DNA of 64,000 nt from Hyaloraphidium curvatum SAG 235-1 (taxonomy: Eukaryota; Fungi; Monoblepharomycota): contig JAIVFI010000042.1 of NCBI GenBank assembly GCA_025558095.1, forward strand, positions 186,001-250,000, read 5' to 3'. Shown here in pieces: positions 1 to 10,241 of this stretch. A program made the translations under genes and the position numbers. How positions within the stretch are numbered: the first letter of the stretch is position 1; each line of letters begins with the position of its first letter. The notes beneath the pieces are model-generated. The model was not told where the DNA came from. It worked only from the letters and a program-made list of their open reading frames with translations, and did not search any database.

Positions 1-1476
1 CGCCACGCTCGGCGACGCGGGAGTGGTGGCCGAGGCCATCGCGCGTGGGGCGCCGTGGTGCGCCAGACTGGGGGAGATGGCGGTTTCGGCGGCGGTGCTG
101 GCGGACCACAAGGGGGCAGGTGCGTTGGTGACCCAGCGACCGAACATGGGACCGTTTTCTCAACTCCCTTTGCAGCCGACTTGGTGCTCGACCACCGCGC
201 CCGGCACCACAGGCGGCACGCGGAATCCCCCGCTCCACCGCCCCCGACGGATCCCGTCCTCCTCGCCTGCGAGCTCGATCGCCACCGCATCCTTCCCTCC
301 CTCCTCGACCAGTACCCTGCTGGTCCCGAGGCACCCGCCGACGGCCCCGCCGACATCTTCTCCGAGGAACCCGATGAGGAGGAACCCTTGCCGACCACCT
401 ACTTCGACCACGTCGTGCGCAACCACTCCAAGCGCCGGCCGCCCAAAGCCACCCCCCGCCCGCGTCCCGCACCCCTCCTCGCCGCCAGCCGCCGCGGGCA
501 CGACCAATCTGTACGCGCGCTGCTCCTCCACCCCTCTTGGGACCCCGACGACCCCCCGTCGGGCACGACGCTCCCCTTGCTGTACGCCGTTCTCAACGAC
601 CACCGCGCCACCGTGCGCGCCCTCCTCGCTTCGGACGCCCCGGCGCACCTCCCCTACCCGTACCCCTTCTCGGCGCTCCCCCTCCTCCTCGGTGTGCTCG
701 CGGGCTCCCGCGGCGCAGTCCTCGCGCTGCTCCCCGCGCAGCCCCGCGAGGCCGGGGACCCCGTCGCGCAGGGCGATTTCCTCCTCCTGCGCCTCGCGGC
801 GTATTTTGGCGATGCGGGAACGGCGGATGCGCTGCTGGCTTGGTCACGGGCTGCAGGGAGGGAGGTCAGATGGGAGGAGGTGGCAGCTGTGGGGACGCGG
901 TTCGGACTGGGGGGCATGGTGAGGTGGGCGGCGGCGCGGATGCGGCGCGAGGTCGAGAGCGGGCGGACGTCCGCGCGGGGAGGCAAGGGCAGGGAACGCG
1001 GTTGGATGGGACGCGCGGCGGACGCGGTGCAGGGGGTCGTGGGGGCGGCGGCCGACTTTTTCGGCCTGTCGTACCGCGTCCGCCTCGCGGCCTACCGGGC
1101 GCGCGTGGCGGAAGAGCTCGGCCCCTTCGCACCCTGCACCGACCCGCTCGGCGTACCGCGCATCTTCGGCTTCGAGGGCCACGGCCTGGCAATTCCCCCT
1201 CTCGACACGGACGCGGACGGCGCCCCGACGGCCTTCGACCCCCGACCCGCGCCGGGCCTCCTTCCCCCGCACCCGGGCCTGCCGCGGCCGATGCGGTTCC
1301 CGCACCTGGGCAGGCTGCTTCGGAACGACGTGGTGTCGGCGGTCTCCTTGTTGGGGAGCATGCTGAGCGTGCAGCAGGAGGGCGATGGGGATGGTGATGC
1401 ATGGGAGTCGGAAGCCGAGGCCGGGGTGCAGGGGCCGGTGGACGAGGCGGACGTGCTGGCCGCAGAGGTGGATTGA
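1..1476 (+). CDS. Ankyrin-repeat protein (5' end probably outside window)
   Basis: Frame open from base 1; ankyrin-like helices APLLAASRRGHDQSVRALL, LPLLYAVLNDHRATVRALL, LLRLAAYFGDAGTADALL; stop at 1474-1476. Confidence 0.6.
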   Translation, partial: RHARRRGSGGRGHRAWGAVVRQTGGDGGFGGGAGGPQGGRCVGDPATEHGTVFSTPFAADLVLDHRARHHRRHAESPAPPPPTDPVLLACELDRHRILPSLLDQYPAGPEAPADGPADIFSEEPDEEEPLPTTYFDHVVRNHSKRRPPKATPRPRPAPLLAASRRGHDQSVRALLLHPSWDPDDPPSGTTLPLLYAVLNDHRATVRALLASDAPAHLPYPYPFSALPLLLGVLAGSRGAVLALLPAQPREAGDPVAQGDFLLLRLAAYFGDAGTADALLAWSRAAGREVRWEEVAAVGTRFGLGGMVRWAAARMRREVESGRTSARGGKGRERGWMGRAADAVQGVVGAAADFFGLSYRVRLAAYRARVAEELGPFAPCTDPLGVPRIFGFEGHGLAIPPLDTDADGAPTAFDPRPAPGLLPPHPGLPRPMRFPHLGRLLRNDVVSAVSLLGSMLSVQQEGDGDGDAWESEAEAGVQGPVDEADVLAAEVD

Positions 1477-1626
1477 GGTCTTTGATTGCTGATGGGAGAT
1501 GCTGCTGGGTAATGCAATGCTGATTGAAAGATCGTTGTGGCGCCTGCCGCCGGAGAGGTCGGCGGCGCCTGCGTATTTGCCACACGGCCATCCGCGACAC
1601 GCCGACTCCGTCTCCCGCGCGCGAAG

Positions 1627-3122
1627 ATGGCCGCCGAAGCAAAGTACAAGTGCGCATGGCCTTGTCGCGCTCTTTCGAGGCACGCTCAATCGAAAGGGTC
1701 CCGCAGCCGCACGGACCGCCTCGTCCCGCTGCCCCCCCACGACCCCGCCGTTCCGTGGCCCTCGCTGGACAGCAACGACTATCCAGCAGGCCCGCTGCCC
1801 GAGGTAACCAACCATGAGCGGCTGAAGAAGGTCCTCGAGCGCATCAGGAATCCGGACCTCGCGAGGCACGGCAAGACGTTTGCGCTGCTGGCGTGCCACA
1901 AGGGGAGGTCCGTTCGCGTCGTGGTGCCGAAGCACGGACCGCCGGAGCTCACTTTGCAATTCGCTAGGCTCGTGCTGGAGGAGTACGGCCCGCCGGAGGA
2001 GCGCCTGACGCGTTTCGGCGCGATGACGACCGACCCGTGGCCCAAGGAGACCTTCGACGAGGGAACCAAGTTCGTCTCCTGGTCGCAGGCGTAGGTGCTA
2101 GTCGCCGCGCTTCCATCCCCCACTGCTGATTTTCCCTCAATGCTGATACGTCCGCCGCTAGGAAATCCTTCGTGCACGCCTGCTTCGGCATCCTCCTTCA
2201 GAAGGGCCTCCTCAAGAACACTCAGACCCCCGCGCACCCCTGGGTTCCGGAATGGCAGGGTGCCGGCGACCCCCGCCGGGAAATCACCATCGAGCAGCTG
2301 CTCCAGATGCGCTCGGGGCTCAAGTGGGAGGAAGCCTACATTGCCCCCGAGCAGCACCCGTGGCCGGCCGTTTTGGAGATGATCTGGGGCGAGCATAACC
2401 ACGATGCCGCGGGCTACGCGGCCTCGTTTCCGCTGGAGCACCCGCCGGGGACCAAATTCTATTACTCATCTGGCACCTCGAACATCCTCGTGTCGATCCT
2501 CTATCGCATCCTGGGGCTGGGGCCTGAGGTCGAGAAGGGGGAAAGGATGGAGAAGTTCACCGCGTGGATCGAGGCGGAGTTGTTCTCCAAGCTCGGGATC
2601 CAGGGCGCGGAGCTGAGATTCGACGGGAGCGGCCTGTGGTTCGGGAGCTCGTACGTCTACTGCAAATCCAGGGAATTCGTGAGGTTCGGGGAGCTTTACC
2701 TCAGGGGTGGGTGCCTTCTAGCGCTGACCCGATCGCCTGCGCCGTTGACCCGTTGGGGGGGGGCGCAGACGGCGCGTTCGCCGGGAACAGGATCTTCCCC
2801 GCCGGTTGGGCCGATACGGCGCGTCGGCTGCAGTCCACCATCCCGCGGGACGAGCCCCTTTCCGACTTCGAATGTGGGTCCCATGCCCTCCAGTTCGCTG
2901 CCGCTGAGCTTTGCCCCCGAAACAGACGGCCAGCAGTGGTGGGTTTGCCGAGACGAGCGGTTCGGCGGGTTCGCCGCCCAGGGGTACCAAGGGCAGTTCA
3001 CGTACGTCGTGCCCGCGCTTGACTTGGTAATCGTGCGGAACGGAGAAACGCCGATGGATGTCTACAGCAACGTGGTGGAGGAGATCATCTACGAGACGCG
3101 GGACGCGCTCGCGGGCTTGTAG
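1627..3122 (+). CDS. Beta-lactamase class C-like / NylB-type serine hydrolase (spliced)
   Basis: Removing intron 2091-2161 (GT..AG) rebuilds the catalytic S-x-x-K motif (SWSQAKSF); also ITIEQLLQMRSGL, PGTKFYYSSG, AQGYQGQ and VPALDLVIV. Further short introns at ~1650-1706, ~2707-2768 and ~2874-2924. Confidence 0.85.
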
Positions 3123-3134
3123 AATCGCCCCGAG

Positions 3135-3686
3135 CTAGCCTTCGTCTGAATCCGGATCGGGCGGCATCCTCCTGAGGGTTACGGATATCCGTTCGGTCCG
3201 AGGCACCGCTACTCCGTCGACAACGTCCTCGGTCCGTCGCTCGATCCCGTGAGTCCACTCCCACCGCGCCGGCCCGTTCAAGCAGATCACGTCTCCGGGT
3301 TCCATGAACACCCCAACGCGTTCCCCGGCCCCCAGCCGTTCGAATTCCATCGTTGCCGTGCCCGAAATGGACGCGACCGCAATGCCGTCCTCGAAGCGCG
3401 CCAAATCCACGTGCGGTTTTAGCCCCTCCCCAGGTCGGTATCGGTTGACGATGCTCTGGTTGAATAGCGGCATCCTCCCCTGCAGGGAAGGATCGAGCAA
3501 CGGGGCCGAGGCGGCCTCGATGGGCGCGAAAAATGCGGGGAGCGCGCCGAAGAGCATGACCTGGTTCTGGCCCTCCCGTTGGAACCAGCCGAGGGAGGCC
3601 ATGCCAGCGAGGATCTCTGCTCTCTCATCGGAGGATAGGACGCGTTTGGCAACGGTGAGCCCCGGGATTTGCGCGTGGTGAGCCAT
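3135..3686 (-). CDS. AlkB-family 2OG-Fe(II) dioxygenase
   Basis: NQSIVNRYRPGEG, HxD (HVD), distal His (WTHGI), RISVTLR; convergent with the preceding gene. Confidence 0.9.
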   Translation of the reverse strand: MAHHAQIPGLTVAKRVLSSDERAEILAGMASLGWFQREGQNQVMLFGALPAFFAPIEAASAPLLDPSLQGRMPLFNQSIVNRYRPGEGLKPHVDLARFEDGIAVASISGTATMEFERLGAGERVGVFMEPGDVICLNGPARWEWTHGIERRTEDVVDGVAVPRTERISVTLRRMPPDPDSDEG

Positions 3687-3838
3687 GTTTCCACGCAGCG
3701 TCAGGCTCAGCGGGTGCTGGCTCCCCCATCCGGAGACCCCGAATCTTCACGCACACATGTCATCTAGAACGAGACAAAGTCAATCGTCTAAGCACTCTCA
3801 CACCGCCACAGAGGGTTACCCAGCCTCGCCAACCGTGT

Positions 3839-6800
3839 CTACCTGCCCCTTTTTGTCGTCCGCCTCCGCCTGATCGTCGTCCGCCGCTTCGTCGTGACCT
3901 TTCGCCGCGTGGTGGTCTTTTTCCTGCGCGTCGTCGTCTTTCCTGTACGCCTGGTCGTTGCAGGCCGCGACGTTGTGCGGCCACGTGTTGTCGGCACTCG
4001 CGCCGCGGTCGTCGGCCTGACAGCAGGAGTTGGTGTTCCGCTTGCAGGCCATCCGCCAGCCAACGGGCTAAACCGATCCTGCGCAGAGAAATGAGACCGG
4101 GGGTTGCCAAAGCCGAGCGCAGACTCACCGCCGGAAGCTGCAGCCAATCCGGAAGCTGCGCCGGCCACTTCCCCGCCCCTGCGTTGGCTGCCGGCTCCGC
4201 CACCCCGCAGCCCGCAAAGGTCTTGCCGGAGACCACGGCCGGCTTGGTGCTGCAGTAACCCGGCGGCCTCGCGTTGCCGGCAAAGGGGTTGACGGCCGGA
4301 CAGGCCGCGCTGCACGGGAGGGCAGGGTTCCTCCTGACCCAGACGTCGACCGCGTTCTGCGGGTAGGCCGCCGCAGGCACCATCCGGTCGACGGTGAAGG
4401 CGAGATACGTCGTACCGCAGCTGCACGCGCGGCGGTAGGATGCGGCGCTGGGCACCCAGCTCTCGGGGGTCGCGGAATCGTCAAACTCCCACAGGCCGGG
4501 CAGCTCGAGGACGAAGTCCTGTGCTGTGGTGGCCCAGTCGTTCGTCTCGAAGCTGAGGCCGCCGAAGCTGGCGAGGTTCTCGAAGGACAGGGTGTATACC
4601 GAGTCTGAGCGCACGTTGAAGCTGAAGGTGTTTTCGGCCTGCTCGTCAATCAGGACGCGCTTGCCGCATTCCCAGGTCATGTACTTCTTGCCGCCGAAGC
4701 CCGCCAGGGAGCGTTCGTAGGCAAAGAACGAGTTGTAGCGGCCGGCAAACGGCGGGCACACGTAGAAGTTCAGCTCGGGTCTGTACTCGCAGTTGTTGGG
4801 CACCGCTTCGGGCCCCGAATTGAACAGCCAGTAACTTCCCGGCGGCGAGCAGGGGAAACTGCCGTCGACGTCCTTCCACCCCGCCAGGAACGCGGCGGCG
4901 TCGGACGGCAGCACGGAATCGGCCGCGTTGCGCACGTTACCCGGCGCCCGCGCCCAGAAGACGTCGTGGAACCGCACGTTCTGGAACGGGTTCTCGGCGC
5001 GGATGAGGTCGACCCGCTTGTCGGGGTAGCGGAACCACCCCAGGAAGTTGGGCTGCGGGTACGACGGCAGGTCGAACTGTGGCTCGTGGATCTGGTTCCC
5101 GTCCCGCTGCGAGTTGACCAGCGTCGCGTTGACCAGGATCGTCTTGCCGTCCGATAGCCGCATGAGCGCCGAGTTGAGCCCGAACGCGTTGGTCCGCTCG
5201 ACGCCCGGGAAGATGCCGCTGACGGTGGTGCGCTGCGTGCTCGGGGTGAAGGGCGCGTCGACCACGGCATCCGGCTCGTTGGGGTAGCCGTGGTTCTCGG
5301 ATTCGCCGACCAGGAGGATGTTGGAGAGGGTGTAGTTGCGGTACAGGGAGTAGCGGAGCCACTCGGTGTTGATCCCGAAGGCGTAGTTGTCGAGCGCCAG
5401 GATGGTGTCGAAGGTCTGCGTCGTGATGCCCTGCGTCCGAGGGATGCAAGGGTTGGATGGATCAGAAAGGACCCCGTCCGCAGGACCCACGTAGTTGTCC
5501 AGCCCAATCTGGTTCTTATATGCGAGAAAGCCGGAGATGAGGTTGAACGCCCCGGTCGGCGGCGTCCAGCTGCACCGACTTCAGCTCCGAGCCAAGCATG
5601 ACTGACGAACGCCAGTCCTACTCACTTCTCCTTGACCCACCACCCGCTGTGCACGTTCGAGTGCGCGACGTTGTTCAGGAAAATGAGCCCCTCCCCGTCC
5701 GACTTGAGCACCTCCTTGGTCCCGCTCGACGCATCATTTTCAAATCTGCACGAGTCCCGGCAGGTCGTGCAGCCGATCTGCCCGTTGCCGTAGTTTGGCT
5801 CGTTGAACACCAGCTCCACCCTGATCCAGAACCCGTACCACGCCCCCACCGCCGCGTTCCCGACGAACGTGTTGTTCACGTTCGTGATCCAGAACGCCGA
5901 GGGAGTGTCGTCGAGCATCTGCAGGCGCAGGCCGGGGTGGTGGTCGCTGCAGCCCGGGAACTTGTACGCCCCGGATTCGTAGCCCCCCGGCACGGAGAGG
6001 GCGGTGACAACGAGGTTGTCCCAGAACTGGTTGCCCTCCTCGGACCCGTCCTCGAGGTAGAACGCGTGGCCGACGGACCAGTAGGCCACGACGGACTGGA
6101 TGAGGAGGTTCTGCGTCGCATGGATCGTCACGGCGCGGTTGAACGAGTCGTGCACCGAGGACCGCTTGAAGTACTGGCCGCGGGCGTCACCCCGGATGTG
6201 CCCTGGATCGGCCGTCCGTGAGACTGGGAAGAGCGTACCCTTAATGCGGACACTCACAGTGGATCGGGTACCGCGCAAGCCTCGAGCCCTGTCCCAGGAA
6301 CCGCGCCTCGATCCCCTCGATGTGAACGACCGAGTTCCCCGTGAAAACGGAGTGCCCGCCGTACTGGAGGAAGTCGTTGTAGCCCTCGTAGTACGGCTCG
6401 TTCGCATAAGGCGGGCTCTCGGGGCCCATGTCGCCCTCGATGACGACGTTGGACGTCAGCACGCCGACCTCGGCGCGCGTGTCGGCGGTCCACCCGAAAA
6501 AGTCCTGCTTCCTCCCAAAGTGCGAGTGCGGCAGCGGGGCGGCGAGGTCGATGCGGGTGGTCCCCGCGGCGGCGTCGTAGCTCGTCGACAGGACGGCGGC
6601 GCGGTCCGTCATGTTGGGCCCAAAATCGGTGGTCGCGACGACGATCTCGTCTCCGACACGCCAGTCGACCCGCCCGTCAACGAGGATGAAGGTCTGCCCC
6701 CGGGAAGCGGTGGCCGCCAGGTGCGTCCACGTCGGGTTCCGGCCCTGCCCGTGGATCTCGATGCGGCCCTGCTCAAAGGCCGCGAGCATCTTGGTGCCGT

Positions 6801-7239
6801 AGGAGCCCGGCGTCAGGAAGTGCGACATCCGGTAAGGGTACTCATCGATTCGCGCGGCGGGCCGCTCGAAGTTGATCAGAGTTATCCGCGCCCTCCGCTG
6901 GAAGAGGGCGTCCGCGGATCCGACGCGCAGCAGGCCGGAACCGCGGACCAGCACGGTCTCGGCGACAAGGGCGAGCTCCGGCGCCGCTGCCGCGCCATCC
7001 TCGAACGCGAGCTCGCCGGCGATCTCGACGACGCGGAGCCGCGGCGTGGCTGCGTCGAACACCACGGAGGCGCCGGCGGGAACGGCGACCGAGTCGCCCC
7101 ACGCAGGGACGCCGGCGGGGCTCCACGTCGCCGGCGCGCTCCACCGCCCCGAGCCCGCCGTCCGCTGCAGGGCGGCCGCGGGCACTGCCGCGACCAGCGC
7201 CGCGATGGCGAGGAGAGCGAGCATTGCGATGGGCGGCAT
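3839..7239 (-). CDS. Secreted G8-domain / parallel beta-helix protein (CEMIP/TMEM2/fibrocystin-like), spliced
   Basis: Signal peptide MPPIAMLALLAIAALVAA; G8 start SGRWSAPATW; WTHLAATA, WRVGDEIVVATT, RAEVGVLTSNV, RYPIH, SFNRAVTIHAT, GHAFYLEDGSE, SAFWITN. A GTGAGT..CAG intron near 4128-4079 joins a final T/R/K-rich exon ending at 3839. Confidence 0.8.
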
Positions 7240-7947
7240 GCCCGGCGTCCCGCGCCGGGGCGGTGTCGCCCGGGTTGAGGCGGCGGTCGGCCGGTCGGTG
7301 TATGACGCCGCTGCATGCGGCATCCCACTCGAACCCCTGGTTCGACGATCCCCGTCCGTTACAAGCCGGCCGGACCTCTATAATCTGCTTCGTGCTTGCC
7401 CTCCGCAGCTTGGCCGACGGCGGATTCGCGCCTGCGTGCGCAATGGCCCCGCCGCATCTCACCGGCGGCGGCTAATCCTCGCATCCCTGGAAGTTCGACT
7501 ACCTCACGACCCGTTCGGTGAAAGCAGGGCCTTAATCAAGTGGCGTCAAAAGACATTCTATCGGCGTCAGAGGCAGTGCGTACAGTGTCCCTGGCACCTC
7601 ATATTCGCTTCGTGCGGGAACGCGGACTGTTCGCTCGTCAGTCATCAACCTCGCACTGTCTAGAGTCCGAAAGTCTGCTTTTCTGCCTTGAGTTTTGTCT
7701 TTAGGTTAAGCAATCTCCGACTGCGGAACCGGAGTGCGACGGAGCCCATGGCTACAAACGGTACCCGGTCGGGCATCGCACGGGTCGGGCAGTGAAACAT
7801 CTACCAGGAACAGCCGACCAAATCCCGCGTTTCAACACGCGCGATGTCGCTGGAGGTGCGTCCCCCACGCCGCGCGACGCACGCGCTAACGATGCCGCAC
7901 CGGGCCAGCCGCGCCGGGTCTCCAGCTCGATTCCTCCGGCCCGAAGG

Positions 7948-8805
7948 TCAGTCTACGTCCTCGGACTTCTTCCGCCTCTTGGCCTCGGACGCTTCGGCCA
8001 GCATCTTCCGGATCCCCTTGTGGAACGTCTTGTGGATCGGCAGCCTCCCCCTGTAGTCCGCCAGATCCGGATCGGTCCCGCCGTCCAGCAGCACCCGCGC
8101 GACGTTGGCGCAGTTTTCGTGCGCGGCGCACGCCAGCGGGGTGATCTGGCTGTCGTCCAGCGCGTTGGGATCGGCCCCGTGGGCGAGGAGCAGCCTCATG
8201 CAGGCCACAAAATCGGGCCCGACCTGCGAGACGGCGTGCAGTGGCGTTTCCCCGTCGAACGTCCGCGCGTGCACGTCGTACTTCTTGCCAGCAGGGTGCG
8301 AACCACGTCCGGCTGCCCGCGGAGCACGGCGAGGTGCAGCGCCTGCGGCTGCGGCGTGTAGTTGTGCCGCGTGTCCTGCCCGCCGCCGGGTTTGATCCTC
8401 CTGCCGCCTTCGACGGCAGCCGGCTGCTTCCCCATCGGGATGGGATCGACTTTTCGCGGCATCTGGCTCTGCAGCGCCTTGACGAAGGGCTGCTCGTCGA
8501 ACTCCAGGTACCGCTCCCGCATGTCCGACACCTCCGATTTGATCCGCTCCACGTCCTCCCTGATCCGCCTGCACTCTTCTTTGTGCCCCGCTTTCCACCC
8601 TTTGACCTGGCAGTCGGGCCCGCAGTACCGCGGCCCCGAGCACTTCGAGCAGCGGAACAGCTTCCCGGCGTCGGTCTTGGTCCCGCCGCACGTCTCGCAC
8701 GCGTCGTGGTTGAAGTCGGCGGCGGACCGGCTTGTCGAGGGGGGTGCGGGCGTTGGCGGCGACGCGGAGGGCACTGCTGGTCAGCTGTGCGATCGTTTCC
8801 GCCAT
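7948..8805 (-). pseudogene. MYND zinc finger + ankyrin-repeat protein with apparent 1-nt frameshift near 8285 (pseudogene or sequence error); true start uncertain
   Basis: MYND C-x2-C...CSKC...YCGPDCQ...W..GHKEEC in one frame. The ankyrin ALHLAVLRGQPDVVRTLLA continues as KKYDVHARTFDGETPLH...GADPN...TPL in another frame with no intron at the junction. Confidence 0.65.
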
Positions 8806-9777
8806 CGTACGGAGGCGGTGTGGCGGTACGCGAGGAGCTTTGATGGCGTTGCCCGCCTACTCGCCGGGCCTGTTATGCTGGTTTCACGCCAGCGTTGACT
8901 TGAACTTCGCGTCCTGCTTCGCTTCGCGCGTTCACCACAAGCTCTTTTTCATCCGTCCGTCGGATCCGCCGCTGGCACCAATAAGCACCGAAGCACGAAT
9001 CTTGTATGCCAGTAATCGCCGATCGACGCATTTCGGACAATTCTTCCCGCCGGTCCCCTCGCCGCCCCCCTGCCTGTGACCCAACAACCCATGGCCTAAG
9101 GGCCGGACTCCGACCCGAGCTCCCCCTTCAGCCCGCGCGAATGGCTCGCTCTGTTCCCCCACCTGGTCCGCCGCACCCCCCGACCCCTTTGACTCTTCGC
9201 GGCGGCTGACCAGCCCGACGCCTGGCCGCGGACATCAGGGTGCCGCTTACCGTGGACGCGGTCTCGGACGCGTTTAGGAGCCTCCACGCAGTTGACGCTG
9301 GTAGAGGTGCAAATGGGACCCTGGACGGAATGGTTCGCGACGACGGTGTGCCTGCGGACGTCCGATCGGTCATCCGCCCCGCGTCCACCTCGCCGTGGTC
9401 CGCGAGCACCCCCAGCGCGGCACGCAGGCCCTCGACCTTGCTCGGGTGGTGCTCGTAGGGCAGTTTCTTGTCCATCACAGCTCTGCAGGTGCTCCTTGAG
9501 CCAATCTGCCACCAATGCCGAGGCGGCCGCAACGAGCTTCGCACCGTCGTGAAGGTCCGTTTGGCCCTTGCTCTCGACCGACGTGATCTTCTTCTCCCCC
9601 TCGGCCGGCAGCTTCTCGTAGAACAAGCGGGCCCAGTGCGGCGACAGGGCCTTTTTCGATGCACCATTGGGAAGGGAAGTTAGGCTTCGGGACGCGATTC
9701 CCATTAGGAGGAGTCGGACTGAGGCGAAGCGGTGGCTGGTTCCCGTCGGGAGTTGAGGCTGACGCGCGGGACAGCCT

Positions 9778-9935
9778 CCGACGCGGATTAAAAGCGAATC
9801 CCGTCGCCGCGCCATCGCAAACGAAGCTGCAGACGGCCCCGAGCACGATGAACGGGGATTGACACACCGCCGTGCCGGGGCCGCCGTCATCTCCGGCACT
9901 CCCCGTTACGCCACCCCCTTCGGTTCCCGGTTCGC
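9778..9935 (+). repeat. Diverged direct duplicate of 10210-10370 (5' end/start region of the coiled-coil gene)
   Basis: ccgacgcggattaaaagcgaatc...ggggatt...gccggggccgccgtc aligns by eye with ccgacgccggattaagagcgaatc...ggggatt...gccggggccgccgtc; the ATG is lost in this copy. Confidence 0.7.
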
Positions 9936-10241
9936 CGGTCGGCCCGGGCTCAAAGCATTTTCGACCCGTTGAGCGCCAGGATTCATGCTCGCCTCGGTCG
10001 CTATCCATCAACGAGTCCAAGACCGCCCGGCACCGAAGAGCCCGAGAATCGCGTTCCTCTGTCTTGGATTCGCATCCTATCGTTACAGGGGTCGTCCGAC
10101 GGCGCAATCGGAGCGCGGCGGAGGCCGTGGCTAAGGCCCGACGCGTGGGCTGTCGGGTCGGTCTCAGCCCCGTTGGTCACAGCCGCGGGGCTGACGCCTG
10201 AGCCTCTTCCCGACGCCGGATTAAGAGCGAATCGCGTTGCG

